DNA of 64,000 nucleotides. Source: Candidatus Epulonipiscioides gigas (GTDB lineage Bacteria > Bacillota > Clostridia > Lachnospirales > Cellulosilyticaceae). The stretch covers positions 17,384-81,383 of the forward strand of contig LJHE01000074.1 of the NCBI GenBank assembly GCA_001983555.1, given 5' to 3'. The notes under the pieces were generated by a model that worked only from the letters and a program-made list of their open reading frames with translations, did no database searches and was not told where the DNA came from. Below are positions 50,969-61,628 of the stretch, piece after piece (positions within the stretch are counted from its first letter, which is position 1; every line of letters begins with the position of its first letter). Both the position numbers and the translations under genes were made by a program.

Positions 50969-51261
50969 TTATAACCTCAAAAAAAAACATATATTAAACT
51001 ATATTATACTGAAATATTAAAGTTATGTAAAGATAAATTTCAGGACAAACTCACAAAAATTTATGTAATATTTGATTTTTTAAATGTTCTGATTATCTCT
51101 TTCTTTTTTAATAACTATATTTTAAAATACTTAATTTAGTTATGTTTTTTCCTTATTTTGGGCATTATAATTAGTGAGGTGATATCCTGGAAGAAGAAAC
51201 TAATTTATTTATAACAGTACAACCTGAGCGGTCTAAAATTCATCCCTAACAAAATAACAGT

Positions 51262-52161
51262 TTGTTTAAAAAAATCTATCAAAATAAGCAAGCTCTAATA
51301 AGTTTATGTAAAGGATTAAAGGGCATTAAAAATATTAAAGAAGAAGATATACAGATTACAACTTTAAGTGAAAGTAATGCTCTTTATGTGCAAATACGAA
51401 ATGACTTATCATTTATAATTGGAACTAACATATTTTTATTTGAGCAACAAAGTGATATAAATCCTAATATGCCTGTAAGACATGCTAGTTACTTTTTTAA
51501 CACTTTATCAGAGCTATTTGGAAATTTAACATTTCACTCTAAAACTTTACAGAAAATTCCAAGATCTATATTAATAACTTTTACCAATGGTAATCCAAAA
51601 AATATAACTCATGAAGTCCTTAAACTATCGGATATGTTTCAAGAAAGTACCAAATCAGAAGAAGCTCATAGTAAAATTAAAATAAATGGTAGAAATCAAA
51701 ACTATATTGAAGTTTATGTTGAAGTAATTTATTTAAATCATCCAGATAATAAAGAATTGTTGGATAAAATTCCAACATTAAAAGGTTTTGCTTTTTTTAC
51801 ACAATCATTAAAAAAATATCGAAAAGAAAACTATAGTAAAAACACATCTGTAGAAAAAGCTATAGAAGATACAATTAATCAAAATCTTTTAGTAGATTTA
51901 TTAGTTAAGGAAAGAGAAAAAATTAAAAGTTTGATAATGTCGCAAATAACTCAAGAAGAATGGAATACCTTTAAACATAATGAGGGTTTTAATGAAGGTA
52001 TTAAACAAGGAATATCTCAAGGTATCGAACAAGGTGTTGAACAAGGTCTAATTAGAGCAGCTATATCTTTATTAGATATATTAGATGATAAAACAATTTC
52101 AGAAAAAATCAATTTATCAATTGATGAAGTTATAAAACTGAGACAACAGTATAATAAATAA
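51262..52161 (+). CDS. Rpn-family recombination-promoting nuclease / putative transposase (YhgA-like, PD-(D/E)XK)
   Basis: C-terminal GFNEGIKQGISQGIEQGVEQG repeat typical of the family. Only a TTG start is available. The N-terminus is short relative to family members. Confidence 0.55.
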   Translation: MFKKIYQNKQALISLCKGLKGIKNIKEEDIQITTLSESNALYVQIRNDLSFIIGTNIFLFEQQSDINPNMPVRHASYFFNTLSELFGNLTFHSKTLQKIPRSILITFTNGNPKNITHEVLKLSDMFQESTKSEEAHSKIKINGRNQNYIEVYVEVIYLNHPDNKELLDKIPTLKGFAFFTQSLKKYRKENYSKNTSVEKAIEDTINQNLLVDLLVKEREKIKSLIMSQITQEEWNTFKHNEGFNEGIKQGISQGIEQGVEQGLIRAAISLLDILDDKTISEKINLSIDEVIKLRQQYNK

Positions 52162-52194
52162 GCTTTATTTTTATTATAATTTAAATGATATTTA

Positions 52195-52450
52195 GGAATG
52201 GAACAGCCCAAAGAGCTTGCTCAAGTACCTAGAAGTTGTAGGAAGTACGCAAGAAGCTCCATCTTCTAAGCATTAGCGTATAAAGGATTAGTTCACCAAA
52301 TTAAAGCAAGGAAATCAAACTATTCATTGCATTTTGATTTATTCAAATCTTTATTATTTAACTATATTTTTACCTCAATAGGCGTAAAGCCCACTCCTTT
52401 AGTGGTGGGAGTTTCAGTTCAACTACGAAATCACTTAAAGTAATTAAAAT
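52195..52450 (+). repeat. Non-coding repeat element, copy B (cccactcctttagtggtgggagTTTCAG hairpin; GCAAGAAGCTCC motif)
   Basis: Shares the cccac/gtggg hairpin + TTYCWG tail with 16.2 kb. The GCAAGAAGCTCCnTCnTCTTAAGCAT segment also occurs at 17127-17160. Confidence 0.4.
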
Positions 52451-52490
52451 TTTCAATTAAAGTACTGACATTATCTAAAAATTGTTATAT

Positions 52491-52540
52491 AAGAGACACT
52501 TCTGCAAATTTATTATGTCATAGGAGATGTCTCTTTTTTT
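52491..52540 (+). terminator. Terminator-like hairpin in the MCP leader
   Basis: agagaca...tgtctct stem, followed by TTTTTTTG. Confidence 0.35.
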
Positions 52541-52682
52541 GTGTTATACTTTTCCTAAAATAATTTTATGCTATCGTTTTTAGCTATAATTATTATTTGA
52601 AAAAAATTTTTTTCACTTGTAATTTCTCTTTTTTTTTTGTATAATTTTTTTGTATAAAATTTTAGAAAAGGAGCGTTAAGAA

Positions 52683-54353
52683 ATGAATACAATTAAAAAT
52701 TTATCTGTTTGGAAAAAATGGATACTGTCTAACGGGCTAATTGCAATTATTTCTTTGATTATTATTTGGTCATTAATTTGGGGATTAGACGTTGCAAAAG
52801 TACATGTTGAAGATTTCATACATAATTCTTATCAACTTGAAAATGAAATTAGAGAACAAGCGAGCCAAGTTTTACTTATTGCTAAGGACATTAGAGATTT
52901 ACAGATTAATCCTACAGATACGCAATCTAAAATCAGTCAGCTTTCCGTTGATATTTCTGATTTTACAGAGCGGGTAATTCAACTAGAAAAAGATTTAAAA
53001 AGTTATGACAACATCAATGCAAATGTATATAAAGAACAAATTGAAGACTGGTTTATAATAGGTGGCAATATTCTAAATCTAATTTCTGCCGACAAATTAG
53101 ATGAATCTGAAGAATTAATTATTAATAGTTGTACTCCGGCTGTTGCAGAAGTTATAAAACTTGCAGATGAACTTACAAATAAATTAAGTACAACAGCACA
53201 AACGGATATAGAAAGTACTATTGATATGACTGTTGCAATTAGATATAGTGCAATTATAATCGTTATACTTGTTAATGTGATAACTATAATAATTGCTCGT
53301 GTGCTTGGTAATTCAATTGTAAGTCCTCTTAAACAAATTCAAAGTACAATATCAGAGCTTGAAAAAAGTAATTATGATGTTTGGATAGATTATACGTCAA
53401 GTGATGAACTTGGAGCAGTAGCCAATAATTTAAGAAATATGATTAAAAATACTGCTAACCTTTTAAATGATGTTTCAGATAATCTTGAATCCATTGCAAA
53501 TGGAGATTTAACTAATAAGCCTAAAATAACTTATCCTGGAATTTTTAATGTTATGGAAAGCTCTATAAATAAAATTAATTTACAAATGGGCACAGTTATT
53601 AAACAAATTCAATATAGTACTAAAGAGCTTAATATAAATGCTACTCAAATTTTAAACGATGCCGAACTGATTTCACGTAAAGTTGAAGAGCAAGAGCAAA
53701 TTATATCTGATTTTATTAATGCTACCGATAAAATTACAGAAAATACAAATAATAATGTTCTACATGTTGAAAAAACATCTAAAGCCTCAATAGAAACGAA
53801 AGTTAAAGTCGAATACAGCTCTAAAATGATGGAAAGTATGCTTATTTCTATGAAAGATATTAGTGCATCTAGTAATAATGTATCTCAAATTACTAAAATT
53901 ATACAAGATATTGCATCTCAAACCAATTTGCTGGCGTTAAACGCTGCAATTGAAGCTGCACGAGCTGGAGAATCTGGAAAAGGATTTGCAGTTGTTGCAA
54001 ATGAAATACGAGATCTTGCAACAAAAAGTTCTGAAACAGTAAGTCAGATAGATGAAGTAATTAAACATAGTTTACACAGTGTCCAAAAAGGTGAAACTAA
54101 TGCTCAAGAAACTGCAAAAGTCTTAGAAGAAATTACTACAAGTATGGATGAAAGTACTAAACTTACTCAAGAACAACAAGAAAATACAAATGTACAAAAA
54201 AAACTTTTAGGTAATCTTATAAAACAAACAGATGTATTAAAATCTGCAATAGCAGATAATGCTGAGATATTTAAAAATACTGCTACAGTTGGTCGTGGTC
54301 TTGCTTCTCAGTCTGAACAATTAGATGAGCAAGTTGAAAAATTTAAGATATAA
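52683..54353 (+). CDS. Methyl-accepting chemotaxis protein
   Basis: N-terminal TM, a sensor region, a second TM, HAMP and the conserved MCP signalling domain ([32 protein letters not shown]). AAAGGAG SD. Confidence 0.88.
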   Translation: MNTIKNLSVWKKWILSNGLIAIISLIIIWSLIWGLDVAKVHVEDFIHNSYQLENEIREQASQVLLIAKDIRDLQINPTDTQSKISQLSVDISDFTERVIQLEKDLKSYDNINANVYKEQIEDWFIIGGNILNLISADKLDESEELIINSCTPAVAEVIKLADELTNKLSTTAQTDIESTIDMTVAIRYSAIIIVILVNVITIIIARVLGNSIVSPLKQIQSTISELEKSNYDVWIDYTSSDELGAVANNLRNMIKNTANLLNDVSDNLESIANGDLTNKPKITYPGIFNVMESSINKINLQMGTVIKQIQYSTKELNINATQILNDAELISRKVEEQEQIISDFINATDKITENTNNNVLHVEKTSKASIETKVKVEYSSKMMESMLISMKDISASSNNVSQITKIIQDIASQTNLLALNAAIEAARAGESGKGFAVVANEIRDLATKSSETVSQIDEVIKHSLHSVQKGETNAQETAKVLEEITTSMDESTKLTQEQQENTNVQKKLLGNLIKQTDVLKSAIADNAEIFKNTATVGRGLASQSEQLDEQVEKFKI

Positions 54354-54370
54354 CTTATAATTTCAACAAC

Positions 54371-54408
54371 GACTATAGATATTTTATTTTAACTATAGTC
54401 TTTTTTTA
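54371..54408 (+). terminator. Rho-independent terminator of the MCP gene
   Basis: gactatag/ctatagtc stem with a 14-nt loop, then TTTTTTT. Confidence 0.6.
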
Positions 54409-54454
54409 GTTTTACTAAACTTAACTATATTCGACAATTTAGATAAAAATTTAA

Positions 54455-54720
54455 AGTTCAAGGTCTGGACGATCCGTAGTACTGAACATTGGTTCGGCTT
54501 ACACAAGAAGCCCACATTATATACGAATTAAAATCTGTCCAATAAATCGGGTTCCGTTCAACCTCCTCTGAACCATTCCGTCAGCTTGCGTTGCCTCATT
54601 TTAGTTGCCTCATTTTAATAGAAGAAATCACCAAAGGTGCAGGTTGGTTTAGGGTGAGAATTTCTTGATATCAAAAGACTTTTTCAGTGGCTTCGTTATA
54701 TGTACCAAGCAACAAATACT
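54455..54720. repeat. Non-coding repeat element, copy C. It contains the inverted ~75-nt core shared with 16.2 kb, a tandem 14-nt duplication (TTGCCTCATTTTA x2) and a second gtgag-AATTTCTTG motif in the opposite orientation.
   Basis: The reverse complement of 54461-54530 aligns with 16237-16310. The tandem duplication is at 54603-54630 and ggtgagaatttcttg at about 54651-54668. Confidence 0.45.
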
Positions 54721-54813
54721 TTATAATTAAATAAAAAATCTCCTTGGCTAGAGGAGAAGTTGTTAAGATGAAATATTCTAATATCAATGAGCTTGCTCTA
54801 TAAACTGATGTGC

Positions 54814-56064
54814 TTAATATCTATTTACAACTTTCATTGCAATATCTGCCCATTTAGTAAGTTTTGATGGATCACGTCTAAGTGTAGATACATCTTTTAA
54901 TAAAAATTCAACATTTAATCCATTACTTTTTGCAATTTCACATGTTTCTATAAGATCTTTTTCAATTTCCCTTTCGTCAAAATATTCTGTTGCTAAAAAT
55001 GCCGGAGATGGCTTATTTGACATAATCAATTTAGGGTCTAAATTTTGAGCAAAATTCTCTTTATTGCTCCAAGGACTGCAAGACACTTTGCGTAAATTAG
55101 GAATTTTCTGTACTATATCTAATCTATCATCTAATCTTTCACAACAGCCATAATAAAATGAACCAAACTGCTCTGCAATTTTAGAAATATAAGGTATCTC
55201 AAATTCAGCAGTTATTTCTGGAGCAACTCCTGTAAACAGTTGTGCCATCCCACACATCCAAGCATTTTTTGAAATACCCATCTTTTGAGATATAAAATCT
55301 GGCAATAAATCATCTGTATAAATCGGTGAGCAATGGCAATAATTGTCTGATACTGCAAATAATTTCAATTCATTCATTTGCTTTATTCCAGATAGTGCAG
55401 AATTAGTTAATTTATCCATAAGAGCATGCAAAAACTCTGGTCTATCAATTAATTCATAGTATATATCTTCAACGCTCATTCGCTCTGCTAAAAAATCCCA
55501 AAATGCACATCTTACATTTGTCCCTCCTTCTTGGTGTATAGGAATAATATTACCTAACATATCTTCCATCATTTCTTTTCTTTGAGCTGATAATTTATCA
55601 TCTAAAGTAATTTTTATTTCTTTTATTTTTTCTACATCATCCCATTCTTCTAATTGATTTATAAACGCATGTGAACGTATATTATTTTGAAAGTCACTAG
55701 ATAATGTATTTTCTTGAACTTTGATGCCATATCCAGTATTTTGAACTGAAAAAGGAATTTTTAAGCATGGTTCAAGTACCATATCCACTTGATAATTATG
55801 CCATCTATATATTTCTTGTCTAAAAAATATCTCTATATTTCTTAAAAATTTATCTTTACACAAAGGTCTTAAAAATTCATCTACTTCGAGTTCATGCCAA
55901 GGAAGCTGAAAAATAGTTACAATAGGGCGTACTTTATCACCTCTATTAAATGCCTTAATTAATTCTAATTTTTCTTGCTGAATTGGTAGCGTGGCAAGCT
56001 CCATATATTGATTAGCCAATTTACGCAAAATTTCTTTTTCCATAATAATCTCCTTTTTAATCAA
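54814..56064 (-). CDS. Hypothetical protein, possibly a URO-D/MtaA-like TIM-barrel family member
   Basis: 416 aa. Only a weak resemblance to the uroporphyrinogen-decarboxylase-like family, with no decisive motif. Confidence 0.3.
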   Translation of the reverse strand: MIKKEIIMEKEILRKLANQYMELATLPIQQEKLELIKAFNRGDKVRPIVTIFQLPWHELEVDEFLRPLCKDKFLRNIEIFFRQEIYRWHNYQVDMVLEPCLKIPFSVQNTGYGIKVQENTLSSDFQNNIRSHAFINQLEEWDDVEKIKEIKITLDDKLSAQRKEMMEDMLGNIIPIHQEGGTNVRCAFWDFLAERMSVEDIYYELIDRPEFLHALMDKLTNSALSGIKQMNELKLFAVSDNYCHCSPIYTDDLLPDFISQKMGISKNAWMCGMAQLFTGVAPEITAEFEIPYISKIAEQFGSFYYGCCERLDDRLDIVQKIPNLRKVSCSPWSNKENFAQNLDPKLIMSNKPSPAFLATEYFDEREIEKDLIETCEIAKSNGLNVEFLLKDVSTLRRDPSKLTKWADIAMKVVNRY

Positions 56065-56072
56065 TAAATAAA

Positions 56073-57290
56073 TTAATTTTTAATATCGATAATTTTATGT
56101 GATAGAGCATACGCAATATCCTTTCCGATAGCATATGTTAGTTGATTGTCAGATAAATTAAAGCCCCAAATCTTATAGCCAGTTGATTGTGATTGTGATA
56201 TCTCCAGTATTTTATTTGTTGTATGAGCATTAATATCATAGGCCATTATGCTATATGGAGTATTATAATACAAGTAGTTATCTTTGCCTGCAAAACCTGT
56301 AAATTGCTCCGAGTAATAGTAATTTTTTTGAGAAGCTGGCCACGTAATATCTTTCAGTGCATCATATACTAAAGTAGATTTACCTGTAGAAGTATCAATT
56401 GAATAAATATTACCATTGGTCATATAATAAACTTTATCTCCCATAAAAACAAAAGGTGTTTTAGTTTGTGAAAAAATATTTTCATATTGAACATCATTTG
56501 CTACATGTGGTATTGTTTTAGTCCAATCATCCGGAGCTTTATTTAATTTTATCTTTTTTGTGTTACTTGTCATAAAGTTATCATGATGTGCACTGCCCAA
56601 TATATCTTTACCATTAGTTAATGGATCTGACCAAGTGAAATCAATGTTATACCATTTATCTTGATATTTAACCATATTCCAAGTGTGAATAATATTTTTT
56701 GAAGATACAATTATATTTGGAATATTTAGCTCATCTAAAATAAATTTAGCAAAATTAGTATATGATTGACATACGCCTTTTTTCTTCTCTACAAACCGAG
56801 CAACATCACTTATTCTTAAAGAAGAGTCATATTTATAATTTGTTGCTAAATAATCATTTAATATTAACATTTTATCAAGATTTGTAGCTCCTTTTTCTGT
56901 TAAAGCTAAAACTTTTTCTATTTCATTTGTTATTAGGCTACCAAAATAATTATAATTATTTTTTAAATATGTATCATATTTGGGTTTTAATTCAAAAATA
57001 ATTCCATCAGTATTAAAAGTGAATTCCCAATTATGAGCTACATGAAATAATAAAGGGTCATTTTCAAGTAATTTAAAATAAAATTCTTCAAGCTCATTTC
57101 TATTTATACCTAGATCTTGTAAATTAATAGCTCTAGCCCCATTTAATAGCTCTGGTTTTACTATTTTAGCAAATTTATTATATAGAGGATCATATTCATT
57201 TTCATTCGGCAACTGCTCTGCATAAGCATAACCAGTAAATGATAGTAATAATGTAGCAATAATAATTAAAAGATTAATTTTTTTTCTCAT
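56073..57290 (-). CDS. Secreted transglutaminase-like cysteine protease-fold protein
   Basis: Signal peptide. Cys-His-Asp core: KKGVCQSYTNFAKFIL ... IHTWNMV ... WYNIDFTW. C-terminal beta-rich region. Confidence 0.55.
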   Translation of the reverse strand: MRKKINLLIIIATLLLSFTGYAYAEQLPNENEYDPLYNKFAKIVKPELLNGARAINLQDLGINRNELEEFYFKLLENDPLLFHVAHNWEFTFNTDGIIFELKPKYDTYLKNNYNYFGSLITNEIEKVLALTEKGATNLDKMLILNDYLATNYKYDSSLRISDVARFVEKKKGVCQSYTNFAKFILDELNIPNIIVSSKNIIHTWNMVKYQDKWYNIDFTWSDPLTNGKDILGSAHHDNFMTSNTKKIKLNKAPDDWTKTIPHVANDVQYENIFSQTKTPFVFMGDKVYYMTNGNIYSIDTSTGKSTLVYDALKDITWPASQKNYYYSEQFTGFAGKDNYLYYNTPYSIMAYDINAHTTNKILEISQSQSTGYKIWGFNLSDNQLTYAIGKDIAYALSHKIIDIKN

Positions 57291-57498
57291 AATATATTCT
57301 CCTTATTATTTTAAAACTTTATACCAGTGTATCATATGACGTATCGTTTGTGAAGCACTATAATAAGAGCATTATTTTTATAATTTTTATAGATTATTTT
57401 TAACAATTATGGTATGATTTCATTTGTAGACAAAATTTTGTTTGCCAATTATATCGAAAGGTGGTGCAAGCTCTTAGTTTTTAGAGCTGAAATTTATT

Positions 57499-59991
57499 AT
57501 GATTAATTTTAACAATGATTGGAAATTTGAGTTAGTTGAAGATTTAGTAAATGGACATTTATTCGAATATGACGAAACTAGAATGAGAAAGATTAATGTT
57601 CCTCATGACTACAGTGTAGAGCAACCTCTTGATTTTGAAAATAGCGATGGTTGCGTGGGATATTCTCAAGGTGGAGTTGCTTGGTATAGAAAACACATCA
57701 ACGTTACACCTGACATGTTAGATAAGAAAATATTTATCAATTTTGATGGTATCTATAATAGAGCTCATATTTATTTTAATGAAGAGCTGGTAAAGTTTCA
57801 TCCTTATGGATATTCTCCTTGTCTTATTGATGTTACAAAATATTTAAAAGAAGGCGATAATCTTCTTTCAGTTCATGTAGACCACTCAAGAGAATGTGAT
57901 AGTCGTTGGTATACAGGCTCTGGTATTTATAGAAAAGTATCTATGTATGTACTACCAAAATGTTATATTCCAGTTTGGGGCACAAGGATTACCACTGACT
58001 GTGATAGTGATAAATCTGCAGTAGTAAACGTAACTACAGAAGTTATAAATGAAAGTGGAGCTAGTAAGACTGTTAAGGTTGTAACATCTTTTGTATCACC
58101 TAATGGCGAAAATGTTGGTGAAGTTTCTACAGTTTTAACAGTAGAAGATAAACTAGAATTTACTGAAAACTATGAAATCACTAATCCTATACTTTGGGGA
58201 ATTTTTAAAGGAAACCGTTATAAAGCTATTACAAAAATATATGATGGCGAAGAATGTATTCAAACTAAGGAAACTATATTTGGTATTAGATATTTCAATT
58301 TTGATGTAAATGAAGGTTTCTTTTTAAATGGTAAAAATGAATTAATTAAAGGAGTATGTCTGCACCACGACGCTGGTTTAGTTGGTTCTGCAATCCCTAA
58401 TGATGTTATGAGAAGAAGATTAAAAGTATTAATGGAAGCTGGAACAAATGCTATTAGAACAGCTCACAATCCTTATTCGAGCGATTTCTTTGATTTATGT
58501 GATGAATATGGAATATTAGTACAAGAAGAGTTTTATGATGAATGGGATTTTCCAAAAGGAAAGAAATTCAATCAAAAAGAAAAGCTCTTTGATTATAAAT
58601 TCCACGGTCATGACGAGTTTTTCAGAGAATATGCAAAAGACGATTTACAAAATGTGATTCGTCGTGACTTTAACCACCCTTGTATAATTCAGTGGAGCAT
58701 AGGCAATGAAATTGAATGGACTTATCCAAAATACAATAATGCAACTGGATATTGGTCAGCTAACGCAAATGGTGGATATTTCTTTAGTGAACCTCCTTAT
58801 TCTGTAGAACAAATTAGAGAAATCTGTCGTAAGCTTCCAAAAGAAGAAATTGAAGTAGGTAAAACTGCTAAAATGCTTGCTGATTGGACACGTGAAATAG
58901 ACACTACAAGACCAGTTATTGCAAACTGTATTTTGCCATCTGCAAGTTATGAGAGCGGATATGTTGATGCTCTTGATATGGTTGGATTTAGTTATCGTAG
59001 AGTAATGTATGACCGTTCTCATAAGCACTATCCAGATAAGCCTATTATGGGCACAGAAAATGTTGCTCAATGGCACGAATGGAAAGCAGTTCTTGATAGA
59101 CCATTTATAAGTGGTATATTTATCTGGGTTGGTATAGACTATGTAGGAGAATGTGGTGGTAAACGTGGAGACACTGGAGCGAGAGTAACTCCATCTGGAT
59201 TTATTGATGCTGCTGGATTTGATAAACCATCATTCCATATGATGAAAGCTCTATGGAATGATGAACCTGAGTTATTTATTGCTACTAACACTATTGAAGG
59301 GTCTGTATATGATTTAAAAGATGGAAAATTAGTTCAAAAAACAATGCTCAATGGTCAAAGACTTAGTCCTTGGGATAAAAGACTTTGGGTATGGCAGGAT
59401 ATGAATACTCACTTTAACTATAAACAAGGCGAAGATGTAGTTATTGAAGTATATTCTAATTGTGAACAAGTTTCTTTCTATCAAAACGATGAGCTTATAT
59501 GTACTCAAGTTGAATCAGATAATGTAGATAGAATTTATAAATGTGCAATTAAATATCAAGGTGGCGAAATTAAAGTAGTTGGTATTAAAGATGGCAAAGA
59601 AATTGTTTCTGTTATAAAAGAAGCAACTGAAGCAACTAATATTGTTCTAACAGTTGATAAAACAGAAATTACAACTGATTTTGATAGTGTAGCTCATATT
59701 ACTGCACAACTGAAAGATAAAGACGGAAATGATGTTAAGTTTCAAGAAGAAGAAATTGAATTTATGACAAAAGGTGATGTAATTTTCTTAGGAGTTGACA
59801 ATGGAGATAGCTATTACCCTGCAACGTATAAAGACCCTAAAATTATCACTAAAAGAGGGCGAGCTTTAATGATAGTAGGTGCAGATATTCCTGGTGAAAT
59901 TAAAGTAAGTGCAAAACTAATTGCTAAACATTCAAGAGCAATTGATTATAATGATGTTGATTCTAATATAATTACTATTACAGCGAAATAA
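57499..59991 (+). CDS. Glycoside hydrolase family 2 (beta-galactosidase/glucuronidase/mannosidase-like), intracellular
   Basis: GH2 sugar-binding, Ig-like and TIM-barrel regions (..NAIRTAHNPYSSDFFDLCDEYGILVQEE.., ..WSIGNE..). No signal peptide. Confidence 0.8.
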   Translation: MINFNNDWKFELVEDLVNGHLFEYDETRMRKINVPHDYSVEQPLDFENSDGCVGYSQGGVAWYRKHINVTPDMLDKKIFINFDGIYNRAHIYFNEELVKFHPYGYSPCLIDVTKYLKEGDNLLSVHVDHSRECDSRWYTGSGIYRKVSMYVLPKCYIPVWGTRITTDCDSDKSAVVNVTTEVINESGASKTVKVVTSFVSPNGENVGEVSTVLTVEDKLEFTENYEITNPILWGIFKGNRYKAITKIYDGEECIQTKETIFGIRYFNFDVNEGFFLNGKNELIKGVCLHHDAGLVGSAIPNDVMRRRLKVLMEAGTNAIRTAHNPYSSDFFDLCDEYGILVQEEFYDEWDFPKGKKFNQKEKLFDYKFHGHDEFFREYAKDDLQNVIRRDFNHPCIIQWSIGNEIEWTYPKYNNATGYWSANANGGYFFSEPPYSVEQIREICRKLPKEEIEVGKTAKMLADWTREIDTTRPVIANCILPSASYESGYVDALDMVGFSYRRVMYDRSHKHYPDKPIMGTENVAQWHEWKAVLDRPFISGIFIWVGIDYVGECGGKRGDTGARVTPSGFIDAAGFDKPSFHMMKALWNDEPELFIATNTIEGSVYDLKDGKLVQKTMLNGQRLSPWDKRLWVWQDMNTHFNYKQGEDVVIEVYSNCEQVSFYQNDELICTQVESDNVDRIYKCAIKYQGGEIKVVGIKDGKEIVSVIKEATEATNIVLTVDKTEITTDFDSVAHITAQLKDKDGNDVKFQEEEIEFMTKGDVIFLGVDNGDSYYPATYKDPKIITKRGRALMIVGADIPGEIKVSAKLIAKHSRAIDYNDVDSNIITITAK

Positions 59992-60025
59992 TATAGATAT
60001 CGTGTGTTGGTGTCTTAAACTTTAA

Positions 60026-60090
60026 AAACAGGGGCGGTCACTTGTAGGAAAAAATATTCCTAGGTGATGCCCTGTTTTATTTTTTTTGAA
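60026..60090. terminator. Bidirectional compound terminator between the convergent GH2 and sulfatase genes
   Basis: aacaggg...ccctgtt outer stem with an inner tagga/tccta hairpin. T-runs lie on both sides. Confidence 0.55.
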
Positions 60091-60092
60091 AT

Positions 60093-61628
60093 TTAATAAT
60101 TTTTTTTAAAAAATGTTTCCCCTTCGCTCCAATATTTTCCGTAATGACAAACAAATTCATCTTCTCTTTCTTGCATAAAAGCTGTATAATCAGCATCTAA
60201 ACCATTTTTACGCAAGTTTTCTCTAATTTTTTCTGAACCTAATGGTGTTGCCAACGGAGCTACTTCCTTATAGTTATAATACTTTTCATCAAGACCGTTG
60301 TGTACAGATGGCACTGTGTCATGACCTTCTAAATATACTTCACCTTTAGCCATTACAACAAAGTCTATAATATCACATAATAATTTTATTCTGAGCTCTT
60401 GAAATTCTGGCTTATATGTTAAGTCTTCTCTTTCATTATCAATTTTAAATAATTCATGTTGACCACTAAATGGATAATATGCAAGTCGATATTCTTTTGT
60501 AGAGACTAATTTCATAGAATCACAAAATTCTGTAAATATTACATTACGTTGTATTTTCGGATTGTTATACATTTCTGGAATAGAACGTGAAAATCCAAGA
60601 GGTTTATCATCTCCTGCAACTTTTAGAGCAGTTCCTGCAATATCCAGATTACTAACTAACATATCGCTCTTTACACCTTTGGGTAAATCATAATGATTTG
60701 TTACTATCATAGGAATTTCTAGCTGAGCTTTATATGGTATAGCTCCTTTTCCAAACATACTATAATCGCCTAACATACATCCATGATCTGTGGAAAATAA
60801 AATAACTGTATCATCATATATACCTAATTCTTTTAATTTGCTTACAATACGACCAACTTGAATATCAATAAGTTGAATACGCTCTGCATATGCTACAAGT
60901 TTTTTTCTATAAGCTTCAATACCTGTAATTTCTGGAGTATTTAAATTTGAACCACGTCTATAAAGTGGAACATCACATTTTGGCAAAAATTTGGGATTTG
61001 CTGGATCTGGAGGAGTTACAGGATAAGTTATTCCATTATCTTTTGGTATATCATATGGTGGATGTGGACCTTGGAATGAAATCCAAGCAAACACTGGTTT
61101 ATCTTTTTCATTTTCTATAAAGTTCATTGCTGTTTCTGCTATCCAAACATCATAATGCTCAGTAATATCACCTGAGAACTTACCCTCTTTATTATGATTG
61201 TATAAATTCTTAATATCAGGATAACGCTGTACTATAAATTGGTAAAAATCATCATCTTGTCCTAGTCGATTTTCCTCCATTTGAAAAGCAACATCAAATC
61301 CTTTAGAGTCTTTACCCGGCATGTGATGGAGCTTACCAAATGCACCAGTTGCATATCCATTTTCACCCATACGACTAGGTAAATATTCAAGACCTTCTCT
61401 AAATGGAACTTCATTAGTCCAAACACCATGGTCCGATAAATACCTTCCTGTCATCATACAAGCGCGCCCCGGAGCACATACTGGAGACACTGTTGTTGCA
61501 TGCTCAAATAAAACACCATCTTCAGCAAGTTTATCAATGTTTGGTGTATTTATAAAATCACTACCATAACATGATAAGTAATCAGTTCTTAATTGGTCAC
61601 ATAAAATTACTACAACATTTTTTTTCAC
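60093..61628 (-). CDS. Cys-type sulfatase (formylglycine-dependent arylsulfatase family)
   Basis: Sulfatase signature C-x-P-x-R (SPVCAPGRACMMTGRY). Alkaline-phosphatase-like fold. No signal peptide. Confidence 0.8.
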   Translation of the reverse strand: MKKNVVVILCDQLRTDYLSCYGSDFINTPNIDKLAEDGVLFEHATTVSPVCAPGRACMMTGRYLSDHGVWTNEVPFREGLEYLPSRMGENGYATGAFGKLHHMPGKDSKGFDVAFQMEENRLGQDDDFYQFIVQRYPDIKNLYNHNKEGKFSGDITEHYDVWIAETAMNFIENEKDKPVFAWISFQGPHPPYDIPKDNGITYPVTPPDPANPKFLPKCDVPLYRRGSNLNTPEITGIEAYRKKLVAYAERIQLIDIQVGRIVSKLKELGIYDDTVILFSTDHGCMLGDYSMFGKGAIPYKAQLEIPMIVTNHYDLPKGVKSDMLVSNLDIAGTALKVAGDDKPLGFSRSIPEMYNNPKIQRNVIFTEFCDSMKLVSTKEYRLAYYPFSGQHELFKIDNEREDLTYKPEFQELRIKLLCDIIDFVVMAKGEVYLEGHDTVPSVHNGLDEKYYNYKEVAPLATPLGSEKIRENLRKNGLDADYTAFMQEREDEFVCHYGKYWSEGETFFKKNY

